NCBI GenBank assembly: GCA_937921485.1
Contig: CAKZSV010000016.1
Location: forward strand, 334-64,333
Direction: 5' to 3'
Origin: an uncultured bacterium
Lineage (GTDB): Bacteria > Spirochaetota > UBA4802 > JAGODF01
Length of the DNA: 64,000 nucleotides
Shown here: piece after piece, positions 39,374 through 51,187 of the stretch
Numbering within the stretch: position 1 is the first letter of the stretch
Layout: each line of letters begins with the position of its first letter
Notes under the pieces: generated by a model
What the model was told of the DNA's origin: nothing
The model's input: only the letters and a program-made list of their open reading frames with translations
The model's database searches: none
Made by a program: the position numbers and the translations under genes

Positions 39374-39402
39374 AATGTAGCTACCGGTAGCTACAATGTC
39401 AA
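39374..39402 (-). promoter_or_regulatory. TA promoter with perfect 20-bp palindromic operator
   Basis: TTGACA, 17 nt, TACATT; TGTAGCTACCGGTAGCTACA at 39376-39395. Confidence 0.8.
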
Positions 39403-39415
39403 GGAAAATATTGAG

Positions 39416-40672
39416 TTATGTATCGTTTTCTGTGGTTATTGAGTTCGTTTTTTCGCGGAAGATTGCATATTCATGCACCGGCGCGTCGAAACGAACGCGG
39501 TAGATTTTTCCCGATTGCGCGGTCGTGGCGATTTTACCTTCATCGGCAATTTCGCACACGCGGTATTTTCTATCGCGCACCGCGTGATCGAGGATGGGGT
39601 AGATTGCTTCGATGGTGTCGCCTGCGGAAATGGGATTGTGCACCCTCATGTAAATTTCCGTTTCGTCGCGCCCTGTATCGACAACGTAGCCTAAAAAGCG
39701 CGCGCCTTTAATTGTAGGCACGGATTTTTTCCCTTTCATGCCTTCAAATTCATTGAAAAGGTCTTCCGTGTAGGGCCGGTGGCTTATGAGTTCTAGTTCG
39801 CGGCGCCAGAATGGAAGTTTGCGTGCGAATTCATCGTGATTATCAAGCAGCGACAGTGCTTCCGCATAGACGCGCGCGGTATTTGCTGTGTAGTACACCG
39901 ATTTCATTCTGCCTTCGATTTTAAAGGCGTCAACCTTAGCGTGTGCGTATTCGGGCAGGCGGCGAATGAGGCAGAGGTCTTTCGATGAGAGAATTTCAGT
40001 GCCCCGCGCGTGTTCGATGATGTCCAGATGATTGCCTTCCCGATTTTCTTCCATGATTGCATATTTCCACCGGCAGGGGTGGGTGCATTCTCCCGCGTTG
40101 GCGTCCCTGCCGGTAAAATAGCGGCTGAGCAGGCAGCGCCCGGAGTACGAGATGCAGAGCGCCCCGTGTACAAACACTTCGATTTCCATGTCGATGGCTT
40201 CGCGGATGCGGCGGATTTCCTCAAGCGTTGCTTCGCGGGCAAGCACAATCCGCGAAATGCCGGCATCCTGCCAGAACCGTGCGGCGTAATGATTGAGCGT
40301 GGACATCTGCGTTGAAAGATGCAGCGGTACGCTAATGCCTGCTTCGCGTATGAGCAAAAGCATCCCCGGGTCGGATATCATGATGGCGCGGAAAGGAATA
40401 TGCTTTATGGATGAACAATATTCTTTTACGCGCCCGATGTCGTCTTCGTGAAGAAACGAGTTTAAGAGGAAAATCGCCTGTACGCGGGATTGTGCACAGA
40501 AATCGACCGCGCTGGCGATTTCCTCTGTGTTAAAGTTACCGCTCCCTGCGCGGAGATTGAAATCTGTTCCGCCAAAATACACCGCGTCCGCACCATAGTG
40601 CACGGCAAATCGGAGTTTATCCATATTCCCTGCAGGGGACACAAGGGCGGGGCGTTTACTCTGCGGCTGCAT
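39416..40672 (-). CDS. Peptidase U32 family (TrhP-like tRNA hydroxylase)
   Basis: SPAGN, GADAVY, HLSTQ, HGALCISYSGRC, CTHPCRW, KIEGR. Confidence 0.9.
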   Translation of the reverse strand: MQPQSKRPALVSPAGNMDKLRFAVHYGADAVYFGGTDFNLRAGSGNFNTEEIASAVDFCAQSRVQAIFLLNSFLHEDDIGRVKEYCSSIKHIPFRAIMISDPGMLLLIREAGISVPLHLSTQMSTLNHYAARFWQDAGISRIVLAREATLEEIRRIREAIDMEIEVFVHGALCISYSGRCLLSRYFTGRDANAGECTHPCRWKYAIMEENREGNHLDIIEHARGTEILSSKDLCLIRRLPEYAHAKVDAFKIEGRMKSVYYTANTARVYAEALSLLDNHDEFARKLPFWRRELELISHRPYTEDLFNEFEGMKGKKSVPTIKGARFLGYVVDTGRDETEIYMRVHNPISAGDTIEAIYPILDHAVRDRKYRVCEIADEGKIATTAQSGKIYRVRFDAPVHEYAIFREKTNSITTENDT

Positions 40673-41663
40673 TGTTTTTTTTCTCGCTGCGCTGATACTT
40701 TTGCACCGCGCGATTGTGTTCAAAGATGGTTTTCGAAAAAAAATGCGACCCGTCATTGCGGGACACGAAAAAGAGGTAATCGGAAGGCGTGGGATTGAGC
40801 GCCGCAAGAATTGCTTCTTTTCCGGGCGAACATATAGGTGTTGGGGGAAGTCCATAATGGATATAGGTATTGTACGGTGAAGGATTTCGAAGGTCTGCCA
40901 GATATATGGGGCCGGTGAACCGCTTTGCCGCGTAGCGGACCGTGGGGTCGCAATCAAGCTTCATGTGCTTTTTCAAGCGGTTATGAAATACCGATGAGAT
41001 ATACGGCCGCTCCGAAGCAAGCTTTGCCTCTTTTTCAATGAGCGATGCCATGGTGAGAAGCCGGTGGCGGTCGAAACCGAACTTCGACATGTTTGCGAGA
41101 TCAATTTTATCCAGGACGATGCTCAGCCTTTCGTGCATTGTTTTTATGACTGTTTTCGGATCCGCGTCTTCGGGGAAGATATAGGTGTCCGGAAAGAGGT
41201 ACCCTTCCGCGCTTTTCGCTAAGATTCCGATGGAACGCAGGTAGGGGGTATTCGATGCGTGATAGAGGAATTCGTCCTTTTTTGTTACCCCCTGCTTTTC
41301 GAGCCGCTCGGCAATCTGATAGATATTGAATCCTTCGGGAATGGTCACCCGCGCTTTGACAATATCGCCGCTGTATAATTTTTTTATGATATGATAGCTG
41401 CTTGTTCCCGCACTGATGCGGTATTTACCGGGTTTTATTGATGTCATTTTTACAAGTGATGACATGAGCGTGAAAAACTTTTCACTTTCGATGAGATTGC
41501 GCTCTTTAAGCCGTCTGGCAACTGCATGCAGGTTTTCGCCAGCATTGATATAGATGATGTCATCATGCATGAGCCGGGGGGCTGAATTGAAATAGTACAG
41601 TGCTGAAGCTATGAGCACAATCGCGATAAAAAATAATATCATTTTTTTGAAAAATTGTATCAT
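40656..41663 (-). CDS. mltG: Endolytic transglycosylase MltG
   Basis: TIPEG, EGYLFPDTY, ASLIEKE, SPYNTY..GLPPTPI. Confidence 0.95.
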   Translation of the reverse strand: MIQFFKKMILFFIAIVLIASALYYFNSAPRLMHDDIIYINAGENLHAVARRLKERNLIESEKFFTLMSSLVKMTSIKPGKYRISAGTSSYHIIKKLYSGDIVKARVTIPEGFNIYQIAERLEKQGVTKKDEFLYHASNTPYLRSIGILAKSAEGYLFPDTYIFPEDADPKTVIKTMHERLSIVLDKIDLANMSKFGFDRHRLLTMASLIEKEAKLASERPYISSVFHNRLKKHMKLDCDPTVRYAAKRFTGPIYLADLRNPSPYNTYIHYGLPPTPICSPGKEAILAALNPTPSDYLFFVSRNDGSHFFSKTIFEHNRAVQKYQRSEKKNNAAAE

Positions 41664-41838
41664 GCAGTTTTCCTGTGTTATAATCGTGCATGCAACATGA
41701 TGATCGATGCAATTGCATTACAATATGAAATATTCCCCCTCGCGATTTGCAATATCCAATGGCATGGGGTATTCTGCAAGCATTTTGTATATTTAATGTG
41801 TGATCATGCGCACTTCGCAAGGCCGTTTTCATTTATAG

Positions 41839-43600
<1,762 letters not shown>

Positions 43601-43618
43601 GATATTCCTGATACTGTG

Positions 43619-43691
43619 TGGGCGCTGACGGGATTGAACCGCCGACCCTCTGCTTGTAAGGCAGATGCTCTCCCAGCTGAGCTAAGCGCCC
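43619..43691 (-). tRNA. tRNA-Val (TAC)
   Basis: GGGCGCTTAGCTCAGCTGGGAGAGCATCTGCCTTACAAGCAGAGGGTCGGCGGTTCAATCCCGTCAGCGCCCA; CCA not encoded. Confidence 0.97.
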
Positions 43692-43696
43692 GTATT

Positions 43697-43975
43697 TTAA
43701 TTCGGATCCAGTAATTCTTCGGTCATTTTGCTTGCTTTGAATGAAATGACCTTTTTTGGGGGAAGAGTCAATTTCTTCCCGGCAATCGGTGAAAAAACGT
43801 TGCGGCCTTTTCTCGAACATCGGGTAAACGTGCCGAATCCGCGTATCTCTACTTTTTCACCTCTTTCGCAGCTTTCGATGATCTGCTGCAAAAAATTATC
43901 GACAATATATCGAACCACATTTCGCTGAATGCCGCTTTTCTGCACGAGATTTTCGATGATTTTTTGCTTTGTCAT
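43697..43975 (-). CDS. HU/IHF family DNA-binding protein
   Basis: MTKQKII...KVEIRGFGTF...FKASK. Confidence 0.93.
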   Translation of the reverse strand: MTKQKIIENLVQKSGIQRNVVRYIVDNFLQQIIESCERGEKVEIRGFGTFTRCSRKGRNVFSPIAGKKLTLPPKKVISFKASKMTEELLDPN

Positions 43976-44027
43976 ACACTCCTCGTGTCGAGCGGCATTC
44001 AAAGGATATGGGTTGCTGTTTGCGCAA

Positions 44028-44315
44028 TTACGACTGTGAAGCCTGCGCCTGAAGTTTGTTGACTTTCAATGCCAGACGGGATTTTTTCCGCGCGGCAGTT
44101 TCTTTTTTAATCACTCCTTTTCGAACGGCGGAGTCAATGGTTTTGACAAATTCTTTTTGAATTTCCGAAAGATTCGCATGATTAGGATTTGCGGGATCGA
44201 GTGCCGCAAGAGCTTTCTTTGCCGTTGTGCGGATGGCTGATTTCACCTGCCGATTATCCATTCTGCGCCTGGCGTTGGTTTTTGCTCTTTTCTTTGCTGA
44301 TTTAATGTTTGCCAC
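44028..44315 (-). CDS. rpsT: 30S ribosomal protein S20
   Basis: GTG start, ANIKSAKKR...KGVIKKETAARKKSRL. Confidence 0.96.
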   Translation of the reverse strand: MANIKSAKKRAKTNARRRMDNRQVKSAIRTTAKKALAALDPANPNHANLSEIQKEFVKTIDSAVRKGVIKKETAARKKSRLALKVNKLQAQASQS

Positions 44316-44442
44316 AGTATCACCTGAATAAAATGGAATTAGATGAATTGACATACAAAAATAATAGCGACTACTGTCAAGAATTAATTGCACAATTGAC
44401 AGATTTTTCAGAAGTATTAAAAACGCGGTGCGATTATCGCAC

Positions 44443-44991
44443 TCATTCTGATATTAAAATCCGGAAAAGCTTGCTCGCGTAGTGATACACTCTGCAATCA
44501 ACGAGTTTTTGCTTCTCGTATGAAAGGACGAGAACTTTGGTGTCTGTTCCATAAAAAGAATATGTCACAGTATTTTTGTCCTTCTGGATGTTCGGGGTTT
44601 TATATTCGGATGAAAGCTTTGAAATTACCTTCTCGAAGTCGGAAGCGGGTATCACTCCATAGTTTTCCATCACCGAATAGAGTTTGTCGCGGATGAGAAG
44701 ATAATCGCGCTGCGGAGTTCCTTCGCTGCGGAGAATTGTTATTTTATCTTTAATATCGCTGTTTATCGCCAGGATGAAACTGAGTATTTTATTGTCGTAT
44801 TCGGGTTTTGCCGCGGGAGAAAAACTGGTATAATTTCCTGAAGGCAAATGCCGTTTGATGGTTTCTTCTTTGCTGATTCCCCAACGGTATTCCTCGTTGT
44901 TTGAAAAGGAAATAATGGGTATGCAGAGGAAAAGGATAACTGTGATTGCCGCAAAGGCTGAAGAAGTTTTCTTTTTGATGGTGTTCTTCAT
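44443..44991 (-). CDS. Hypothetical exported protein
   Basis: Signal peptide followed by a WGxS motif. Confidence 0.7.
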   Translation of the reverse strand: MKNTIKKKTSSAFAAITVILFLCIPIISFSNNEEYRWGISKEETIKRHLPSGNYTSFSPAAKPEYDNKILSFILAINSDIKDKITILRSEGTPQRDYLLIRDKLYSVMENYGVIPASDFEKVISKLSSEYKTPNIQKDKNTVTYSFYGTDTKVLVLSYEKQKLVDCRVYHYASKLFRILISE

Positions 44992-45242
44992 TTTTAGACC
45001 AGAACTTTCTTTTATAAAATATGCGTGGGGAAATTTCCCCGGCTGAGCCGACCACTATCGTAGTGTTTTACGGCATGTGGAAAATGTCAAACATTTTCGA
45101 TGATATCTCCAAAAAATTAAAAATGGCCGAAAATGCGTTCGCGGCAAATTCATTGACAATCTTTCTTAAATAATGTTAGAGTGTTTTATGTGAATATAGC
45201 CTTGAAGCATAAGGCTCTGATTATTTCACGGGGAGGGAAATT

Positions 45243-45569
45243 ATGCAAGCAAAAATTTTTTCGGTACTCCTGGCTGCCCTGATGCTGCTTTCGGCGATAG
45301 CCGTATATGCCGCATCCGGCCGCGAGCGTGTTTTTACCGGCGTGGTGATACATCTCACTGATACCGCGATTGAGGTGAAGCGGGGGAGGCGAGAATTTCT
45401 GATTTCAATAACACCCCGGACGGTTTATTGCGCTGCCGATGGAAGTGCTGCCGATCGTTCTGTGCTTGAGCTGTGCGGTACGGTACGAGTATATTACGTC
45501 CAGGAGGGATGCGCATTGCACGCAGTGCGTGTACAACTTGTCAGAGAAGGGGAGTGCTACAGAAGATAA
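45243..45569 (+). CDS. Hypothetical exported protein (OB-fold/DUF5666-like)
   Basis: RBS, signal peptide; stop overlaps the mpl start. Confidence 0.65.
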   Translation: MQAKIFSVLLAALMLLSAIAVYAASGRERVFTGVVIHLTDTAIEVKRGRREFLISITPRTVYCAADGSAADRSVLELCGTVRVYYVQEGCALHAVRVQLVREGECYRR

Positions 45570-47020
45570 TGCCGGATAAAATATTTGAAAAGGTTTCAGG
45601 TCTAAAGAGGATTCATTTTATTGGCATTTGCGGCGTGGCAATGGGCTCGCTCGCCGGCATGATGAAGGAAGTCGGCTATGAGATCTCGGGTTCCGACGAG
45701 CACGTGTATCCTCCTATGAGCGATATGCTCGCGGGGTGGGGTATCCCCGTAGCTGAGGGTTTTGCCGAGAAAAATATAGGGGAAGCCGGCCTCGTTGTTG
45801 TGGGGAACGCGATCAGCCGCGGCAATCCGGAAGCAGAATTTGTGTTAAACGAAAACATTCCATATCTATCGATGGCTCAGGCGCTTTCGAATTTCTTTTT
45901 GCGCCAGCGCGACGTGATCGCTATCGCCGGCACGCATGGAAAAACTACCACGACCGCGCTTCTCGCACACATACTGAAAACTGCTGGAGAAGACCCCTCT
46001 TTTTTTATAGGCGGCGTGCCGGTTAACTATAATTCTAATTACCTTTTGGGTAAAGGCAAATTTTTCGTCATAGAGGCCGATGAATACGATTCCGCCTTTT
46101 TTGAAAAAGTGCCGAAGTTCATGTTTTATCGGCCGCGGCATTGTATATTCACCTCCCTTGAATTCGATCATGCCGATATTTACCGCGATCTTGAAGAAAT
46201 AAAGCTCTGGTTTCGCCGGCTTGTCAATACCGTGCCATCGAAGGGTGAAATTATTTATTCGCGTGAATATCCCGCGCTTGTCGAGGTGATGAAAATTTCC
46301 CGGGCGGTGTCGCACAGTTTTGGAATGACGAATGCGGATTTTATGTGCACTGAGAAATCAATATGCGATGGAAATGCGCTGCTTGAATTTCGCCATGCCG
46401 GCGGCTCATGCCGATTGGAAACTCCGCTTTTCGGCGAATTCAATTATATGAACATCTGTGCTGCCGCGGCAATGGCAATGCGCATCGGCATATCGGAAGA
46501 AAAGATTGCGGAAGGCGTGAGAACATTCCGCGGCGTGAAACGGCGGCAGGAATTGCTCTTCAAAGATAGGAATGTTGGGATTTATGAGGACTTTGCGCAT
46601 CATCCCACGGCAATTGCGCAGGTGCTTGGTTCATTGCGGAAGCGTTTTCCGGATTCAAAAATTATCGCCGCATATGAACCGCGTTCTGCCACGAGCCGCC
46701 GCAACGTCTTTCAGGATGTGCTTCCTTCGGCTTTTAAGGACGCGGATATGGTGCTTATAAAAAAACCTTTTAAACTGGAAGTTGTTCCGGTTGATGAGCG
46801 CATCGATATAGAGAAGGTGATTGCTGATAGCAAAGCGCTGGGTATTGATGCGCGTTGGTATGATGATGTTGAAACGATTGTGTGCGATACAATCGGCTCT
46901 TTTGATGCATCGCGTCTCAACGTGGTGGTCATTATGTCCAACGGCGGGTTTGATGGTATTTATAGGATGATGGTTGAAAAGGCGCAAGAGTTTTGCGAGA
47001 AGATGCATCAACAAAATTGA
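45569..47020 (+). CDS. mpl: Murein peptide ligase Mpl
   Basis: HFIGICGVAMG, YPPMS, AGTHGKTTT, EADEYDSAFF, EDFAHHPTAI, MSNGGF. Confidence 0.93.
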   Translation: MPDKIFEKVSGLKRIHFIGICGVAMGSLAGMMKEVGYEISGSDEHVYPPMSDMLAGWGIPVAEGFAEKNIGEAGLVVVGNAISRGNPEAEFVLNENIPYLSMAQALSNFFLRQRDVIAIAGTHGKTTTTALLAHILKTAGEDPSFFIGGVPVNYNSNYLLGKGKFFVIEADEYDSAFFEKVPKFMFYRPRHCIFTSLEFDHADIYRDLEEIKLWFRRLVNTVPSKGEIIYSREYPALVEVMKISRAVSHSFGMTNADFMCTEKSICDGNALLEFRHAGGSCRLETPLFGEFNYMNICAAAAMAMRIGISEEKIAEGVRTFRGVKRRQELLFKDRNVGIYEDFAHHPTAIAQVLGSLRKRFPDSKIIAAYEPRSATSRRNVFQDVLPSAFKDADMVLIKKPFKLEVVPVDERIDIEKVIADSKALGIDARWYDDVETIVCDTIGSFDASRLNVVVIMSNGGFDGIYRMMVEKAQEFCEKMHQQN

Positions 47021-47133
47021 ATTCCGCAGTATAATCGCAATTTTTTTAAGTGGCTCAAAAAAAATTTTATCTCCCCCCGCTTTTCATCGTATTAATAGTT
47101 GAAGAGAAATGTTATTTCAAGGAGGAGTATTCT

Positions 47134-47616
47134 ATGCACATGAAGACCAGCTACTGTATGACCGAAGACGTGATTGCAAAGCTTCAAGAGGCAGAAAAGA
47201 AAACCGGACGCAATAAAATTGATTTAATCGACCAGGCAATGCGGATGTTGATTCATGATTTTAAGAAGCTTCGGAAAAAATGGGATGGAACAATTGAATA
47301 CCAGAAGAGAACCGATGAAGACGGCAAACCGATAAAAAAGCATCGGGTGAAAATGAAACTACTAAAGTTTGATAATCTGCTGATGCAGGATATGCGGCGG
47401 TTTTGCTTTATGTCGATTTCGCTTCTCATTGCCATCGCCGTTGAAACCTACCTTGATGAGGTGGTGGCGTACTATTGTGCGAAGTACCATGATGATGTTG
47501 CGGATAATTATCTCCTCGGAAACTGGTCACTTCATGAAAAATATACAGAAACAGGCACCTGCATTAAAATCTGGTACGGCGTACCGCCGAATTACATGGA
47601 AGAATACTTCGGATAA
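47134..47616 (+). CDS. Hypothetical protein, RHH/DUF1564-like
   Basis: Strong GGAGGAG RBS; EYQK...DMRRFCFMSISLLIA resembles Leptospira-type DUF1564 proteins (from recall). Confidence 0.55.
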   Translation: MHMKTSYCMTEDVIAKLQEAEKKTGRNKIDLIDQAMRMLIHDFKKLRKKWDGTIEYQKRTDEDGKPIKKHRVKMKLLKFDNLLMQDMRRFCFMSISLLIAIAVETYLDEVVAYYCAKYHDDVADNYLLGNWSLHEKYTETGTCIKIWYGVPPNYMEEYFG

Positions 47617-47845
47617 ACCCCAATTCCTTGTCGCGATCATTTCTTTGCTAACCGGACTGTATTTTCCGGCTGTTACCGCATTGCGCATCACATGAAAGAT
47701 TCATCAGGTGGAATAAAAAATTTATACTACATTTGAAATATCGATTTTCATGGTATGAATCAGGTTTTATATATCATCTAAATAAATGTTTAGTAAATTC
47801 TGTATAAAAAATTATAAATATATGCCATTTTCTTCTAATTTTTTC

Positions 47846-47896
47846 TTGACTTATGTCGCATAATGTGGTTGTGTGGGGAAAAGTGGGGATGAGTGT
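47846..47896 (+). promoter_or_regulatory. dcw promoter with MraZ-binding repeats
   Basis: TTGACT at 47846; GTGG at 47873 and 47883 and GTGT at 47893 (10-bp period). Confidence 0.7.
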
Positions 47897-47926
47897 TGAA
47901 TTAAGTCACAAGAAGGGGATTTGTCC

Positions 47927-48364
47927 ATGTTTATGGGGGAATATCATCCCTCTCTCGATGAAAAGGGGAGAATGGCGGTGCCGATCAAGCTTCGAAAGGC
48001 TTTCGGCGAGGATGCCATTATCAATAAGCTCATTGTCACCTATGGGTTTGAAAAATACATTATGGCATACCGCGAAGAGGACTGGGCTGAGTTCGTGAAA
48101 AAACGCCTCATCAGCGCGACGGAATCCGGTGGTCAGAACGCCATGATGGTACGGTATTTTGTGGGCGGTGCTTTCGATTGCGAGCTGGATAAGCAGGGGA
48201 GAATCATCATTCCGCCCCACCTAAAAGAGCACGCAGGCATTAAAAAAGAGGTAACGGTGCTCGGGTTATACAATAGAATTGAAATCTGGGATACCGAGAC
48301 CTACAATCAGTACAAGCCGGGCGGCGAAAAGCTCAGCGCGTTTGCGAAAGATCTTGGTTTTTAA
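47927..48364 (+). CDS. mraZ: Division/cell wall cluster repressor MraZ
   Basis: LDEKGR and LDKQGR repeats. Confidence 0.96.
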   Translation: MFMGEYHPSLDEKGRMAVPIKLRKAFGEDAIINKLIVTYGFEKYIMAYREEDWAEFVKKRLISATESGGQNAMMVRYFVGGAFDCELDKQGRIIIPPHLKEHAGIKKEVTVLGLYNRIEIWDTETYNQYKPGGEKLSAFAKDLGF

Positions 48365-48441
48365 TAGTGAATAAATATTTTTTTCGTTTTTGCAATGCGA
48401 CATAATTCAAATGATGTTAGTTGTAGTTATCAGGGGTTTGA

Positions 48442-49368
48442 ATGGAATATTCTCATGTCCCGGTGATGTGGAATGAATTGCGTTTTTTTCTTGAGCCGGT
48501 TGCGGTCAAAGGAGGCGTGTTTGTGGACTGCACGCTGGGAGAAGGAGGGCATTCCCGGCTCATGCTTGATGAATTTCCCGGAGTGAATATTGTGGCATTC
48601 GAACGCGATCCCGAAATTTTGAAAATTGCGCAGGAGCGACTTTCCAGTTATGGCGGCAGGATTACATTTATCAATGCGAATTTCAAAACAGTTGAAGATT
48701 ATCTTTCCAGAAAAATGGATGTTCACGCATTCCTGTACGATTTCGGCATATCGTCTTTTCATTTTGAAAGAAGCGGCCGCGGTTTCAGCTTCAGGGATGA
48801 TGAGCCGCTTGATATGCGCCTGGACGGAGAAAGCAAAATGAGCGCCGGTGATATCATCAACCATGCATCGGAAATGGAGTTGACAGAAATCATTGCCGAT
48901 TATGGTCAGGAGCGTTGGGCGAAAAGAATTGCGCAATTCATTTGCCGGGCGCGTCGCGATACATCAATCAAGACTTCGCGCGAGCTTGCAGAACTGGTGT
49001 TACGCGCGATTCCCGCGCGGTATCATGTCAGGAATATCCATCCCGCCACAAGAGTGTTTCAGGCGCTGCGGATTGCCGTGAACGATGAACTTTCGGCAAT
49101 TACGAAATCGCTGCCGGCGGCAATCGGGATCCTTGCGCCGGGGGGAAGGATTTGCGCGATTTCCTTTCATTCTCTGGAAGATCGAATCGTGAAAAACGAG
49201 TTCAGGCGGGCTGCCCGGGGCTGCACGTGCCGGGAGGAGCAATGTCGCTGTAAGGGTGTTCCGCGGATTTCAATCCTGACGAAAAAACCGGTTGTGCCCG
49301 GCGAAGAGGAAATAAGGAATAATAAGCGGGCGCGCAGCGCGCGTTTGCGGGTAGCGGAGAAATTATAA
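48442..49368 (+). CDS. rsmH: 16S rRNA m4C1402 methyltransferase
   Basis: HVPVM, DCTLGEGGHS, PLDMR, FQALRIAVNDE, FHSLEDR. Confidence 0.97.
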   Translation: MEYSHVPVMWNELRFFLEPVAVKGGVFVDCTLGEGGHSRLMLDEFPGVNIVAFERDPEILKIAQERLSSYGGRITFINANFKTVEDYLSRKMDVHAFLYDFGISSFHFERSGRGFSFRDDEPLDMRLDGESKMSAGDIINHASEMELTEIIADYGQERWAKRIAQFICRARRDTSIKTSRELAELVLRAIPARYHVRNIHPATRVFQALRIAVNDELSAITKSLPAAIGILAPGGRICAISFHSLEDRIVKNEFRRAARGCTCREEQCRCKGVPRISILTKKPVVPGEEEIRNNKRARSARLRVAEKL

Positions 49369-49652
49369 TGAGAAACGGAAATTCCGTTCATTTCGCGTTT
49401 GTTGCTTTTCTGGTGATGCTGTTTGTGGTTCTCTACGTGTGGCAGAACATTTCGATGATGAAAATCCGGATGGAATGCAGGGATCGGGTGAAAAAGGAAC
49501 GGGAACTTTTCAAGGAACACGACAGGCTTCTGTACGAGATCGAAAGGCGAAGAAGTATCGATGTGGTTGAGGAAATCGCGCTTGGGCGTGGAATGAAGAG
49601 AATATCGCCGTTGAATATGCAGGTGGTTATTGCAGCGAAAAAAGGACAATGA
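49368..49652 (+). CDS. ftsL: FtsL-like cell division protein
   Basis: TM plus coiled coil and IA..RGM, directly after rsmH. Confidence 0.7.
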   Translation: MRNGNSVHFAFVAFLVMLFVVLYVWQNISMMKIRMECRDRVKKERELFKEHDRLLYEIERRRSIDVVEEIALGRGMKRISPLNMQVVIAAKKGQ

Positions 49653-51187
49653 TGTCAATGGAATCTGCACCTCGTCATCTTACCGTTGAAAAGCTGATCG
49701 GTGAATCTTCCGGCATGTTGGAGCTCATTGCCGGCAGGGGCGATGCGGCTGTGCTATCTATTGAATACGATTCCAGGAAGGTTCGCAACCTTTCGCTCTT
49801 TGTCGCGATCGAGGGCTTTTCTTCCGATGGCCACAATTTCATCAAAACCGCAATTACAAGCGGCGCCTCTGCCGTGGTGATTTCCCGAAGCCGTGTGGCG
49901 GAATTTGACGAACTCAGAAATTCAGGAACTTCGATTATCGTTTCCGATGATACAAGAAAGGCGCTTTCGAAAATAGCCGCTTCGTTTTTCGGATATCCCT
50001 CGCGCTCCATGCGGGTAATCGGCATCACAGGAACCAACGGCAAAACATCAACCACCTATATGTTAGAATCGATTGCGAAAGCTGCGGGATTATCACCCGG
50101 AGTCATCGGCACTGTGGATTATCGATGGAGGGGGCGACGCGAAGCGTCGCCGAATACCACGCCGGAATCGCGCGATTTGCAGGAACTCATCGCCCGAATG
50201 GCATCCGACGGAGTGGATTGTCTCATAATGGAAGTTTCCTCTCACGGGTTGGAACTGTCCCGCGCTGATGACATCGATTTCAACATTGCGGCGTTTACCA
50301 ATCTCACGAGGGATCATCTCGATTTCCATGGCGATTTTGACCGCTATTTTGCTGCGAAAAAAAGAATATTTTCCTTAGTTGAAAAGAGTGCGAAGAATAA
50401 TAAAGCCGGCATTGTGAATATCGACGACCCTTATGGAAAAGAAATTTTTTCCGGTAAAGAACAATGGAATTACCCTGTTTTTGGTATTGGCCTTGATGAG
50501 GATGCAGACTTTCGGGTGAATGAAAAAAGCATCGTCAACACCATCGGAGGTGTTTCGTATGAGGTCTGCCTTCCCGATGGCAAGATGCATGTGGCGCTTT
50601 CTCTCGGCGGTCGGTTCAATGTGTACAACTCGCTCATTGCGCTTGCTGCCGCGCATTCTCTCCAGATTCCGCATCACGCGATACGTGAGGGACTTTCACA
50701 GCTTAACAATGTTCCCGGACGCTTTGATCGCCTGTCGTCAAAGCTCGGATTTCATGTCATCGTGGATTACGCGCATACGGATGATGCGCTTCGCAAGCTT
50801 TTGCTTTCGGTGCGTGAGCTTTCACCATCTCGGATTATCACCGTTTTCGGTTGCGGCGGCAATCGTGACAAAAGCAAACGCCCTCTGATGGGCAAAGCCG
50901 CCGCCGGGCTTTCCGATCTGGCGATTATCACCAGCGATAATCCCCGCAAGGAAAATCCGGAAGCGATCATCGACGATATCGTTGCCGGGATAGAATCGAA
51001 AAACTATGAAATAGAAATCGACAGGAGAAAGGCAATCGAACGCGCGATTGATGCTGCAAAGGAAGGAGATATTGTGGTCATCGCGGGCAAGGGCCATGAG
51101 GACTATCAGATTTTTGGGAGCGAAAAGCGCCACTTCGATGACCGTGAAACGGCTCGCGAATTCATCGCGGCACGGGAGGGGAGATGA
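49649..51187 (+). CDS. murE: MurE ligase (meso-DAP type)
   Basis: GITGTNGKTST, MEVSSH, DYAH, SDNPR, AGKGHE. Confidence 0.96.
   Translation: MMSMESAPRHLTVEKLIGESSGMLELIAGRGDAAVLSIEYDSRKVRNLSLFVAIEGFSSDGHNFIKTAITSGASAVVISRSRVAEFDELRNSGTSIIVSDDTRKALSKIAASFFGYPSRSMRVIGITGTNGKTSTTYMLESIAKAAGLSPGVIGTVDYRWRGRREASPNTTPESRDLQELIARMASDGVDCLIMEVSSHGLELSRADDIDFNIAAFTNLTRDHLDFHGDFDRYFAAKKRIFSLVEKSAKNNKAGIVNIDDPYGKEIFSGKEQWNYPVFGIGLDEDADFRVNEKSIVNTIGGVSYEVCLPDGKMHVALSLGGRFNVYNSLIALAAAHSLQIPHHAIREGLSQLNNVPGRFDRLSSKLGFHVIVDYAHTDDALRKLLLSVRELSPSRIITVFGCGGNRDKSKRPLMGKAAAGLSDLAIITSDNPRKENPEAIIDDIVAGIESKNYEIEIDRRKAIERAIDAAKEGDIVVIAGKGHEDYQIFGSEKRHFDDRETAREFIAAREGR

Noticed and set aside
43619-43691. tRNA-Val as an integration site for the catabolic region
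   Set aside because: No duplicated tRNA 3' end or integrase seen, and core genes lie in between.
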